Positions 1-8,232 of a DNA stretch of 64,000 nt are shown here, piece by piece. Both the position numbers and the translations under genes were made by a program. Where the stretch lies: positions 776,008 through 840,007 of the forward strand of contig JBFWNU010000001.1 of the NCBI GenBank assembly GCA_050250895.1. The letters run 5' to 3'. Below the pieces are notes generated by a model, which saw only the letters and a list, made by a program, of their open reading frames with translations, did not search any database and had not been told where the DNA came from. This stretch comes from Vulcanimicrobiota bacterium. Lineage in GTDB: Bacteria > Vulcanimicrobiota > Xenobia > Xenobiales > JADMJV01. Every line of letters starts with the position of its first letter. Position 1 is the stretch's first letter.

Positions 1-522
1 GTCGAACTGCTCAGCGACTGCGGCCTGACCTGCACCAGTTGCAGCAGCTTCGCCGAGGCCCGCGGCCATCTCGCTCGCCAGGCCTTCTCGCTGGCGCTGG
101 TCGACCTGACCCTGGCCAGCTCGCTCAGCACCAGCAATCAAGACGGCTTCGGCCTGTTGGCGGTGGCTCGCGAGGCGGGCATTCCCACCATCGTGGTGAG
201 CGGAACCAGCCCCACCGAGACCATCGAGCGGGCCTTTCGCGACGAGCAGGTGCTGGCTTTCTTCGAAAAGCGCAACTTCGATCGCAACGCCTTCTGCCAG
301 CAAGTGGCCAGCTCGCTCAAGCCGTCTGAACTCGAGAGCCTGACCGAGCGCGAGCGCGAGGTGCTCGACCTGTTGGCGGCCGGTCTGACCAACATCCAGA
401 TTGGCGAAAAGTTATTCATTTCGGCCAATACCGTCAAACGGCACCTCAAGGCGGTTTTCGAGAAGCTCGGGGTCAACAACCGGGCAGCCGCGGCCGCCCT
501 GGTAACGCGCGAAAGCCGATGA
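1..522 (+). CDS. Response regulator, REC + LuxR-type HTH (5' end outside window)
   Basis: Frame +1 is open from base 1: ...FSLALVDLTL...DGFGLL (receiver), then LTEREREVLDLLAAGLTNIQIGEKLFISANTVKRHLKAVFEKLGV (LuxR HTH). Confidence 0.9.
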   Translation, partial: VELLSDCGLTCTSCSSFAEARGHLARQAFSLALVDLTLASSLSTSNQDGFGLLAVAREAGIPTIVVSGTSPTETIERAFRDEQVLAFFEKRNFDRNAFCQQVASSLKPSELESLTEREREVLDLLAAGLTNIQIGEKLFISANTVKRHLKAVFEKLGVNNRAAAAALVTRESR

Positions 523-1001
523 AGGTTCTGGCCGGCAGCCTGGCGGTGGCCCTGGCCGCCCAGCTGATCGTGCCGCTGGGAGCCGTGCCCTTGACCCTGC
601 AGAGCCTGGCTGTGTTACTGGCCGGAGCGTGGTTGGGGCCGGGCCGGGGGGCAGCCTGTCTGGCTCTGTATCTGGTGGCGGCCGCTCTTGGTGCTCCGGT
701 GCTGGCCGGCGGCGAGGGCGGCCTGGCCCAGATGGGGGGGCCTTCGGCCGGCTATCTATGGGGCTTTCTGCCGGCGGCCGCGGCCGCCGGCTGGATGCAC
801 GAAAACGGGTGCCCTCCGCTTTTGACCATGGCCGGCGGCACGGCCGTGATCCTGTTGTGCGGTGTGCCCTGGCTGGCCTATCTGCTCGATCCTTCGACGG
901 CCGTCTGGCAGGGTTTGGTGCTGGTGCTGCCCGGGGCCACCATCAAGGTCTTGTTGGGGGCCGCGATCTTGATGGCCGGCAAGAAATTCGGGCCCGACTG
1001 A
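519..1001 (+). CDS. bioY: Biotin transporter BioY (ECF S-component)
   Basis: VPLTLQSLAVLLAG, LGAPVLAGG, GPSAGYLWGF motifs; very hydrophobic; ATGA overlap with upstream gene. Confidence 0.9.
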   Translation: MKVLAGSLAVALAAQLIVPLGAVPLTLQSLAVLLAGAWLGPGRGAACLALYLVAAALGAPVLAGGEGGLAQMGGPSAGYLWGFLPAAAAAGWMHENGCPPLLTMAGGTAVILLCGVPWLAYLLDPSTAVWQGLVLVLPGATIKVLLGAAILMAGKKFGPD

Positions 1002-1007
1002 GAACCA

Positions 1008-2444
1008 GTGCCCGTGGCACGGCTAGTGGCGATCACCCCCGACGGCAAGGAGCACCGCTTCGAGGTCGAAGAGGGCCAACATCTGGTAGGACGGGCCGGC
1101 GAGCACGATCCGCCCGGCAAACTGGCGATCAAAGGCGACCCCTCGCTATCGCGGTCGCATTTCACTTTAGAAGTGGGACCGACCTGGCGAGTGCTGCCCT
1201 GCGGGTCGGCCCGCAACCGCCTCGAGTTCGCGGGCGAACTGCAGCCAGGAGCCAGCTTTCGCGCCGGTCGCACCGTTTTTCGCCGCGAGGGCGGCCTCGA
1301 GCCGCGGCGCCTGACCATGTTACCGGGCACGCGGCGGGCCCGGCGCGAGGCTCGAGCCAGCGCCTGCCTCGAGGCCTTGACCCGCTTTCTGCCCCTACTT
1401 CGCCAGGCTAGCGACAGTCATCAACTGCTGCTAGAAACGGTCCACTTACTCAAGGACCTTTTACCCCAGGCCACCCATGTGGCGGCCCTGGGCAATCCCA
1501 GTCTGGGCGATACCGTGCGGCCCAGCCGTCAACTGTTGGCCCAGGTAACTGACAGCGGCGAGAGCTTGCTCTATCAATGGGTGGGCAACGATCAGTTCAC
1601 CCAGGTCGAGGGGTGCGGCTGGGCCCTGGCCAGCCCCGTCTGCGAAGGGCGCATCCTCTACGCCCAGGGCCGCGCCGGAGGCGAAGGTCCGGGCTTGCAA
1701 GAGCAGGTCGTGGTGGACCTGGTGGCCGAGGCCCTGACCAACCACTTGCAGGCGCGCCGGCTGGCCCAGTTGGGGCGTTTTCTTTCACCGAGCCTACGGC
1801 GACTGCCCGATCTCGAGCAACTGCTGGCGCCCCGAGTGGGCCCGGTCACGGTGCTGTTCTTCGACCTGCGCGGCTCGTCGCGAGCAGCCGAGGCCAACGA
1901 TTTGGTGGGCTACCACCAGACCCTCAACCAAGTGATGACCGAGGTGACTGGCTGCGTCTTCGCCGAAGAGGGCACCGTCATCGACTATGTCGGCGACGGA
2001 CTGATGGCTTGCTGGGGAGCTCCCTTCGCCCAGTCCGACCAGGCGCCCCGGGCCGCCCGCACCGCCCTGGCCATCCTGGCTCGAGTCCGCGAACTCGGCC
2101 ACGACTGCGGGTTGGGTCTGGCCTCGGGCCGCGCTCTGGCCGGCCAGGTGGGCGCCGCCGATCAGGTCAAATACGGGCTGGTGGGGCCGGTAGCCAATCA
2201 GGCCGCCCGCCTGGAGGCAATGACCAAACTGTTCGACGCCCCCATCCTGGTCGAGGCCAACTGCCGGGCCCAACTCGGACTGGCCTGCCGCCACCTGGCC
2301 ACGGTCGTTCCGGTGGGTATGGACGAAGCCATCGAGGTCCATGCCGTAAACGGGCCGGCCAGTCCCCAGGCTCTAGAAGCTGCCCTGGCCAGGCTGGGGG
2401 TGAACCATCCCAACCAGATCGTGAAACTGGGAAGCAAGCGCTGA
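1008..2444 (+). CDS. FHA + GAF-like + class III nucleotide cyclase
   Basis: FHA motifs VGR..., DPSLSRSHF, SARN; cyclase motifs VLFFDLRGSS, YVGDGLMACWG, NQAARLE. Confidence 0.85.
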   Translation: MPVARLVAITPDGKEHRFEVEEGQHLVGRAGEHDPPGKLAIKGDPSLSRSHFTLEVGPTWRVLPCGSARNRLEFAGELQPGASFRAGRTVFRREGGLEPRRLTMLPGTRRARREARASACLEALTRFLPLLRQASDSHQLLLETVHLLKDLLPQATHVAALGNPSLGDTVRPSRQLLAQVTDSGESLLYQWVGNDQFTQVEGCGWALASPVCEGRILYAQGRAGGEGPGLQEQVVVDLVAEALTNHLQARRLAQLGRFLSPSLRRLPDLEQLLAPRVGPVTVLFFDLRGSSRAAEANDLVGYHQTLNQVMTEVTGCVFAEEGTVIDYVGDGLMACWGAPFAQSDQAPRAARTALAILARVRELGHDCGLGLASGRALAGQVGAADQVKYGLVGPVANQAARLEAMTKLFDAPILVEANCRAQLGLACRHLATVVPVGMDEAIEVHAVNGPASPQALEAALARLGVNHPNQIVKLGSKR

Positions 2445-3037
2445 TGCTCGAGATCTGGTGGATTCGCCACGGTCAATCGACCTGGAACGAGGAAGGTCGC
2501 TGGCAAGGCCATGCCGACGTGCCCCTGACCGAACTGGGCCGCCAACAGGCAGTCAGCTTGCGGACTCGGCTGGCGGGCGTGGCCTTTGATGAGGTGTTTA
2601 GCTCGGATCTCGGCCGGGCCGCCGAGACGGCCAGCCTGGCCTTGCCGGAGCGACCGGCCCAATTGGACTCGCGCCTGCGCGAGATCAACTTTGGCATCTT
2701 CGAGGGCAAAGTCCGCGACGATCTGACCCCGGCCCTGCGCGACGAGCTGCTGCGCTGGTGGCGCGACCCTTATTCCGAGGCCATCGAGGGGGGGGAGTCG
2801 ATGGCCCAGTTGTCGGCGCGGGTGGCTCAGTGGCGAGACTCGCTCGAGGGCGGGCGAATTGCCGTCTTCACCCACGGAGGGGTCATCCGCTCGTGTTTGT
2901 GGGCGGTCACCTCGCCGCCCAGCGCCGGCGAATGGAGTGTCATTCTCGACAACACCAGCATTACCGAGATCCGCTACGAGCCGGCCCGCACGATCATCTG
3001 GCGAGTCAACGATACGGCCCATCTCGAGAGATTTTAA
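2444..3037 (+). CDS. Histidine phosphatase (phosphoglycerate mutase) family protein
   Basis: TGATG-coupled start at 2444; IRHGQSTWN, SSDLGRA, LREINFG, FTHGGVIR. Confidence 0.9.
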   Translation: MLEIWWIRHGQSTWNEEGRWQGHADVPLTELGRQQAVSLRTRLAGVAFDEVFSSDLGRAAETASLALPERPAQLDSRLREINFGIFEGKVRDDLTPALRDELLRWWRDPYSEAIEGGESMAQLSARVAQWRDSLEGGRIAVFTHGGVIRSCLWAVTSPPSAGEWSVILDNTSITEIRYEPARTIIWRVNDTAHLERF

Positions 3038-3081
3038 CGCTCAGTTCAACAATTTGGCCCAGACATGATTACCATGAAGCC

Positions 3082-3378
3082 ATGGTCATTCATAACGCAG
3101 CAGCCCAGCGACCCACCTTCCAGATCCCCGGTACTCCGCCCCGGCAAGAGAAAGAAGCCCAGCCGCAACCGCCGGCTGACTCGTTTACGCCCAGCCCCAC
3201 CCCCAAGGCACCGCTGCCCTGGAAGCGGGCCATGCTCAACGGAGCCGTAGCCTCGGTCCTGATCGGCGGGGGCATCGCGGCCGCCCTGCGCTCGCCCACG
3301 GCCGGCCTCATCGCGGCTGCTGTTGGCGGCGCCGCTGGCGTGGCCCTGGCCTTCTACGACGCCAACAAAGAGGCCTAA
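3082..3378 (+). CDS. Small membrane protein with disordered N-terminus, DSFTPS motif and two Gly/Ala-rich TM helices
   Basis: ATG 3082, 6 nt after a TACCAT -10-like element; MVIHNAAAQRP...PPADSFTPS...AVASVLIGGGIAAAL...GLIAAAVGGAAGVALAF. Confidence 0.7.
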   Translation: MVIHNAAAQRPTFQIPGTPPRQEKEAQPQPPADSFTPSPTPKAPLPWKRAMLNGAVASVLIGGGIAAALRSPTAGLIAAAVGGAAGVALAFYDANKEA

Positions 3379-6300
3379 GCCCGGCGCGAGCACTCGGCCA
3401 GTTGGCCGAGCATGCGCGCCAGCACGTCTCCACTGGCCAGATTGAGCTGGCCGTCTTCGACGATCTCGCGGACCAACTGGTCGTAGCGAGCCACCGGGCT
3501 ACCCTGCAAGGTGTCGAAGTCTTGCTCGGATAGCGACAGGCGCAGCTGAATCTGACGCAGGTCCATGATCAGGCCCACCATCGCGATGGTCTCCCATTTG
3601 TCGGTGGTCTGGATGGCCCGCAGGTTGTCGCGCAACCAACCCATCTTGAGTCGCTCGCCCACGGCGTAGAAGCGCTTGGCGGCCACCTCGAGAGGAATGT
3701 CGGCGATGCGACTGTTGTCGACCACACCGATTCCGCTGGGCACGTAATCCAGGCCCACCACCTCGGTGGCGAACTCATGGGGAAAGCCCAATTCGATGCA
3801 GCGCTGCAGCAACTCGTCGTAGCGGTCGTGCTCGGAGCCGGGCAAGAGGCTCTTGATGTTGGTGCGCAAATCGGCCAGGCGCTCGCGATAGGTCTCGATC
3901 ATCGTCGACAGACTGGCCAGATCGGTGTCGGTCAAGAGAATCCAGTTGACCACGTTTTCGAGGGCCTTCACCAGGCCGCCCAGGACATAGTAGAACGACG
4001 AGGCCGGCACCTGCTTTTCATAGCTGCGCAGCTTGGCGATGAAGGGCTTGACGTCGACCATTTCCATGGCCGCCAGCCCCGCGCGCAGCACCTGGATCGG
4101 GGTGGCCCCGGTGTCACGAATGGTGCGATGCACGAAAGTAATCCCTAGCAGATCGACCACCTGGTTGGTGAACTGGGTGGCGATAATCTCGCGATAGAGC
4201 GGATGCTTGGGAATACGGTCGGCGAACTTCTCGGTCAGCAAGTGCGGGAAGTAGTCGTAGAGATAGTGACTGAACAACGGCTCGTCCGGGAAGTTGGTCT
4301 CGAGGATGCGCCGATACAGACCCATCTTGGTGTAGGCCAGAATAATGGCCAACTCGGGACGGGTGAACCCTTCGTTGTTGCGGGCCCGCTCGGCCAGGGC
4401 CTTGCGATCGGGCAAGAACTCGACCTGCTTGTCGAGGCCGCCCCGCTCGACCAGATAGTCCATCAGCGACGTGAACAAGGCCATGTCCTCGCTGCTGCGT
4501 TGCTGAGCCAGCGAAAGACACAGGGTCTGCCAATAGTTGTCTTCGAGAACCAGTCGCGAGACATCGTCGGTCATCTCTTCGAGAATCTGGTTGCGTTGCT
4601 GGAACGAGATGTCGCCATGGGTTACCAGCGGCTGCAACAGAATCTTGATATTGACCTCGTGGTCACTCATATCCACGCCAGCCGAGTTATCGATGGCGTC
4701 GGTGTTGATGCAGCCGCCCAGGCGGGCATACTCGATGCGAGCCAACTGAGTGAAGCCCTGGTTGCCGCCCTCGCCGATGACCCGAGCGCCCAGTTCGGGC
4801 GCGCTCACGCGCACGGCGTCGTTGCTCGAGTCACCCACATCGCGGTCAGTCTCGCTCGAAGAGCGGACGTAGGTGCCGATGCCGCCGTTCCAGAGCAGGT
4901 CGACCTTCATCTTGAGGATAGCCCGAATCAGGTCCTGGCCGCTGAGTTCGCTGGCCTCGACCCCCAGCATCTGGCGCACTTCGGGGCTGAGCGCAATCGA
5001 CTTGGCCGCCCGCTTGAAGATGCCTCCGCCCGGGGAGATCAGACTGGTGTCATAGTCCTCCCAGCTGGAACGAGGCAACTCGAACATCCGCTTGCGCTCG
5101 ACGAAACTGCGAGCCGCATCAGGGTTGGGATCGAGAAAGATGTGCATGTGATTGAAGGCGGCTTGCAACCGGGTCTTGTCGCTATAGATCAAGCCGTTTC
5201 CGAACACGTCGCCCGACAGGTCCCCGATGCCGATACAGGTGAACTCTTCCTGCATGACATCGATGCCTAGCTCGAAGAAGTGACGCTTGACCCCTTCCCA
5301 GGCGCCGCGAGCGGTGATGCCTTCTTTCTTGTGGTCATAGCCCTGCGAGCCGCCCGAGGCGAAAGCATCACCCAGCCAGAAGTCGTATTCGGCCGAGACG
5401 CTGTTGGCGATGTCGCTGAACGTGGCCGTGCCCTTGTCGGCCGCCACCACCAGGTAGGGGTCGGGGCCGTCATAGATGACCAGACCTTCGGGGTGGACAA
5501 TCTCGCCCCGCTGGTTGTTGTCGGTCAGGTCAAGCAAGCCACGAATGAACGTCTTGTACTGCTCGACCACGTAGTTCATCAGAGCTTCGCGGTCCTGGGG
5601 GGCGCGCTTGACCACGAAACCGCCCTTCGAGCCTACCGGCACGATCACGGCGTTTTTGGTCATCTGGGTCTTCATCAACCCCAGCACTTCGGTGCGAAAA
5701 TCGTCGGGACGGTCGCTCCAGCGAAGGCCGCCGCGGGCGACCATACCACCGCGCAGGTGGATGCCCTCGACTCCGGGGCCGCTGACCACGATCTCGTAGA
5801 GGGGGCGCGGTTCGGGCATCTCTTTGACCTGGCGCGAAGAGACCTTGTGGCTGATGAACTCCTTGGCTTTGAAAAAGTTCGACCGCACGGTCGATTCCAT
5901 CAAATTGAAGAGATTTCGCAGAGTGCGATCGTAAGCCAGCGACGAGACGCCGTTGAGCAGGTCGAAGAAGTTCGTCCGATGCTCCTCCATGGCCGTCTGG
6001 CGGTCGGCCAGTTCGGGGTCAAAGCGAGCCGCGAAGTAACGATAGAGTTCAGCGGCACACTCAGGGTGGGCCAGCAAAGTGTCGTTGATAAAGTGACGGC
6101 TGGTGCCCACCGACACCTGCGAGAGATACATCTGATAGGTCTTGAGCAGCGAGACCTCGCGCCAGCTGAGCCCTCCGCTGGTGATCAAGCCGTTGAGACG
6201 GTCGTTCTCGGCCCGACCTTCGAGCAGCACCACCATGGCCTCGACCAGGCGCTTTTTGTCCTTGCGAACATCCAACGGCTTGCCGCTACGCTTGTCTTGA

Positions 6301-8156
6301 ACCCGAAAAACGTCGATGGTGGCCATCTGGCCCGAGCGTCGTCCGCGGGTGGAAATCTTGTGCGAACTCTGTAGCAGCACTCGCAGGCCCAGGTTCTCGA
6401 GCACGGGCAACACCTGGCTCAAGACCAGGTTATCATCGCGGTGATAGATGCGCACATGGCTGGCGGCCTCGCCATAGCGCTCTTCCATCGGGTTGACGAT
6501 ATCGACCCGGTAACGATCTTCGCTGTCGAGCAGGCTGCCGATGTTGGTGATGTCGCGCACCGCCATGCCCAGGGGCGCCGAGGCTACATAACCGTCAGGG
6601 AAAGAGTTGGCGTAATCCTCAGCCAAACGATGTCCGCGGGCTTCGCCGTGGGTCGAGACCAGCTTTTCGGTCAGCCGGTCGCTCCAGGTCTTGGTCAGGT
6701 CGACCACCTTGCGCTCGAGTTCGGGCAGGTCGATCCCCTGCATGTCGACATCCGTGGTCAAGAAGAAGTGAAAGCGAACCTGCTCTTCGTCTTCACCCAT
6801 CGACAGCTGATAGTCGACCTGGTTGGCCGCGAAGGTCTCGGCCAGCAGCTCTTGCACATCGTTGCGCACGGCCGTGTTGAAGCGATCGCGAGGCATGATC
6901 ACCATGACCAGCAAACCGCGGGCCAAAGGATCAGGGCGGATGGTCAGTCGCACCTCATGCTCTTGTTGCATGGCCATGATCGTGCGGATGTCGCGGTGAA
7001 GCTCGACGGCGTCAGACCAGAAGAGCTCTTCGCGGGGCATCGAGTTGAAGATGGTGACGATCTGTTTGTAGTCGTGCGAACCTTCGATGGCCTGGTCAAG
7101 ATCCAGAACCTGGCGCAGACGATGGCGCAGGATCGGAATGTCCTTGACCGGAGTGGTCAGCGCCCCCGAGGTGAACAAACCTAGAAAGCGCATCTCGCCG
7201 ATGATGTTGAAGTCTTTGTCGAGCTTCTTGAGACCGACATAGTCCATGCGCACGGGGCGATGCACGGTCGACTCGGCGTTGGCCTTGGTCACGATCATCA
7301 GCGGCCCGCTGGTGACCCGCTGGCGAAGATTGTCGGGAAGCTGGCTCAACTGCACGGGCTGCTGATAGTTGCTGCTCTCGAGGTTCTTGAGGATGCCCAG
7401 GGCCGTATCCTTGTTGACCTGTAGGAAGCGACCTTCGGGCTTCTCGAGAATGTCGTATTCACGAAAACCGAGGAAGACGAAATTGTGGTAGGTCAGCCAA
7501 TTTAGGAAAGCTTCACACTCTTCGAGATGACCCACCTGAGGGTCGTCTGGGCAATCGCTACGCAGTCCCGCCAGGCTCTCGCAAAGACTGGCCACTTTGG
7601 CTCGCATGGCCTGGTAATCATCGGTCGCCATTACCACATCGCGAAGCACCTGGCCGACCCGTTCTTCGAGGGAACGGAGCCCGGTCTCATCCTCGACCCG
7701 CTCGACCAGATACAACTCGTAGACCTCGCGTCCAGCCTCGGAACTACGGGTCAGATCGCGCCGCAGGCGACCCTCGTCATCACGATGAGTGTAGTAGATC
7801 GGGTGCAGCAGGTGGTAGATGTCCAGGCTCTGGCGCTTGAGTTCGTGGGTGATCGAATCCACGATGAAGGGCCGATCGCGCAGGCTGACCTCGAGCGCGG
7901 TCCAGGGGCAATCCCAGCCGTCGGCCTCGTAGCTCGGATTGAAGGCGCGCACCCAGATGTCATCGGGGCGGCGTTCTTCGAGCACCTTGAGCGCGCCCAG
8001 GGTGATCGCCATGAGACTTTCGGGATCGAACTCTCGCAAGAAGCCAGGGGAGGCCTTCTCGAAGAGCAGAGTGGAGAACTCCTTAAGGAAAGAGGTCTCT
8101 TCAGTCGGCACGCGACGCTCGATATGGTCGGCCAACTTCTCCAGGGTCGCGGTCAC
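3375..8156 (-). CDS. gdhB: NAD-specific glutamate dehydrogenase (large, ~1600 aa type)
   Basis: RGGLRWSDR, KNAVIVPVGSKGGF, DPYLVVAADKGTATFSD, GDAFASGGS, GYDHKKEGITARGAW; GTG start at 8156 with GGAGG upstream. Confidence 0.95.
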   Translation of the reverse strand: MTATLEKLADHIERRVPTEETSFLKEFSTLLFEKASPGFLREFDPESLMAITLGALKVLEERRPDDIWVRAFNPSYEADGWDCPWTALEVSLRDRPFIVDSITHELKRQSLDIYHLLHPIYYTHRDDEGRLRRDLTRSSEAGREVYELYLVERVEDETGLRSLEERVGQVLRDVVMATDDYQAMRAKVASLCESLAGLRSDCPDDPQVGHLEECEAFLNWLTYHNFVFLGFREYDILEKPEGRFLQVNKDTALGILKNLESSNYQQPVQLSQLPDNLRQRVTSGPLMIVTKANAESTVHRPVRMDYVGLKKLDKDFNIIGEMRFLGLFTSGALTTPVKDIPILRHRLRQVLDLDQAIEGSHDYKQIVTIFNSMPREELFWSDAVELHRDIRTIMAMQQEHEVRLTIRPDPLARGLLVMVIMPRDRFNTAVRNDVQELLAETFAANQVDYQLSMGEDEEQVRFHFFLTTDVDMQGIDLPELERKVVDLTKTWSDRLTEKLVSTHGEARGHRLAEDYANSFPDGYVASAPLGMAVRDITNIGSLLDSEDRYRVDIVNPMEERYGEAASHVRIYHRDDNLVLSQVLPVLENLGLRVLLQSSHKISTRGRRSGQMATIDVFRVQDKRSGKPLDVRKDKKRLVEAMVVLLEGRAENDRLNGLITSGGLSWREVSLLKTYQMYLSQVSVGTSRHFINDTLLAHPECAAELYRYFAARFDPELADRQTAMEEHRTNFFDLLNGVSSLAYDRTLRNLFNLMESTVRSNFFKAKEFISHKVSSRQVKEMPEPRPLYEIVVSGPGVEGIHLRGGMVARGGLRWSDRPDDFRTEVLGLMKTQMTKNAVIVPVGSKGGFVVKRAPQDREALMNYVVEQYKTFIRGLLDLTDNNQRGEIVHPEGLVIYDGPDPYLVVAADKGTATFSDIANSVSAEYDFWLGDAFASGGSQGYDHKKEGITARGAWEGVKRHFFELGIDVMQEEFTCIGIGDLSGDVFGNGLIYSDKTRLQAAFNHMHIFLDPNPDAARSFVERKRMFELPRSSWEDYDTSLISPGGGIFKRAAKSIALSPEVRQMLGVEASELSGQDLIRAILKMKVDLLWNGGIGTYVRSSSETDRDVGDSSNDAVRVSAPELGARVIGEGGNQGFTQLARIEYARLGGCINTDAIDNSAGVDMSDHEVNIKILLQPLVTHGDISFQQRNQILEEMTDDVSRLVLEDNYWQTLCLSLAQQRSSEDMALFTSLMDYLVERGGLDKQVEFLPDRKALAERARNNEGFTRPELAIILAYTKMGLYRRILETNFPDEPLFSHYLYDYFPHLLTEKFADRIPKHPLYREIIATQFTNQVVDLLGITFVHRTIRDTGATPIQVLRAGLAAMEMVDVKPFIAKLRSYEKQVPASSFYYVLGGLVKALENVVNWILLTDTDLASLSTMIETYRERLADLRTNIKSLLPGSEHDRYDELLQRCIELGFPHEFATEVVGLDYVPSGIGVVDNSRIADIPLEVAAKRFYAVGERLKMGWLRDNLRAIQTTDKWETIAMVGLIMDLRQIQLRLSLSEQDFDTLQGSPVARYDQLVREIVEDGQLNLASGDVLARMLGQLAECSRRA

Positions 8157-8232
8157 GGTAAGTCCTCCAAGAAAATTCGTCTCGCCTATCGTTCCCTTTT
8201 CTACCGCCCGTAAACTCTCCTGGAGGGGGAGG

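Noticed and set aside
3034-3075. TCAAG-type box upstream of the DSFTPS gene at 3082
   Set aside because: TTAAC and TCAAC are 12 bp apart and not 10 nt from the -10 element, so the geometry does not fit.
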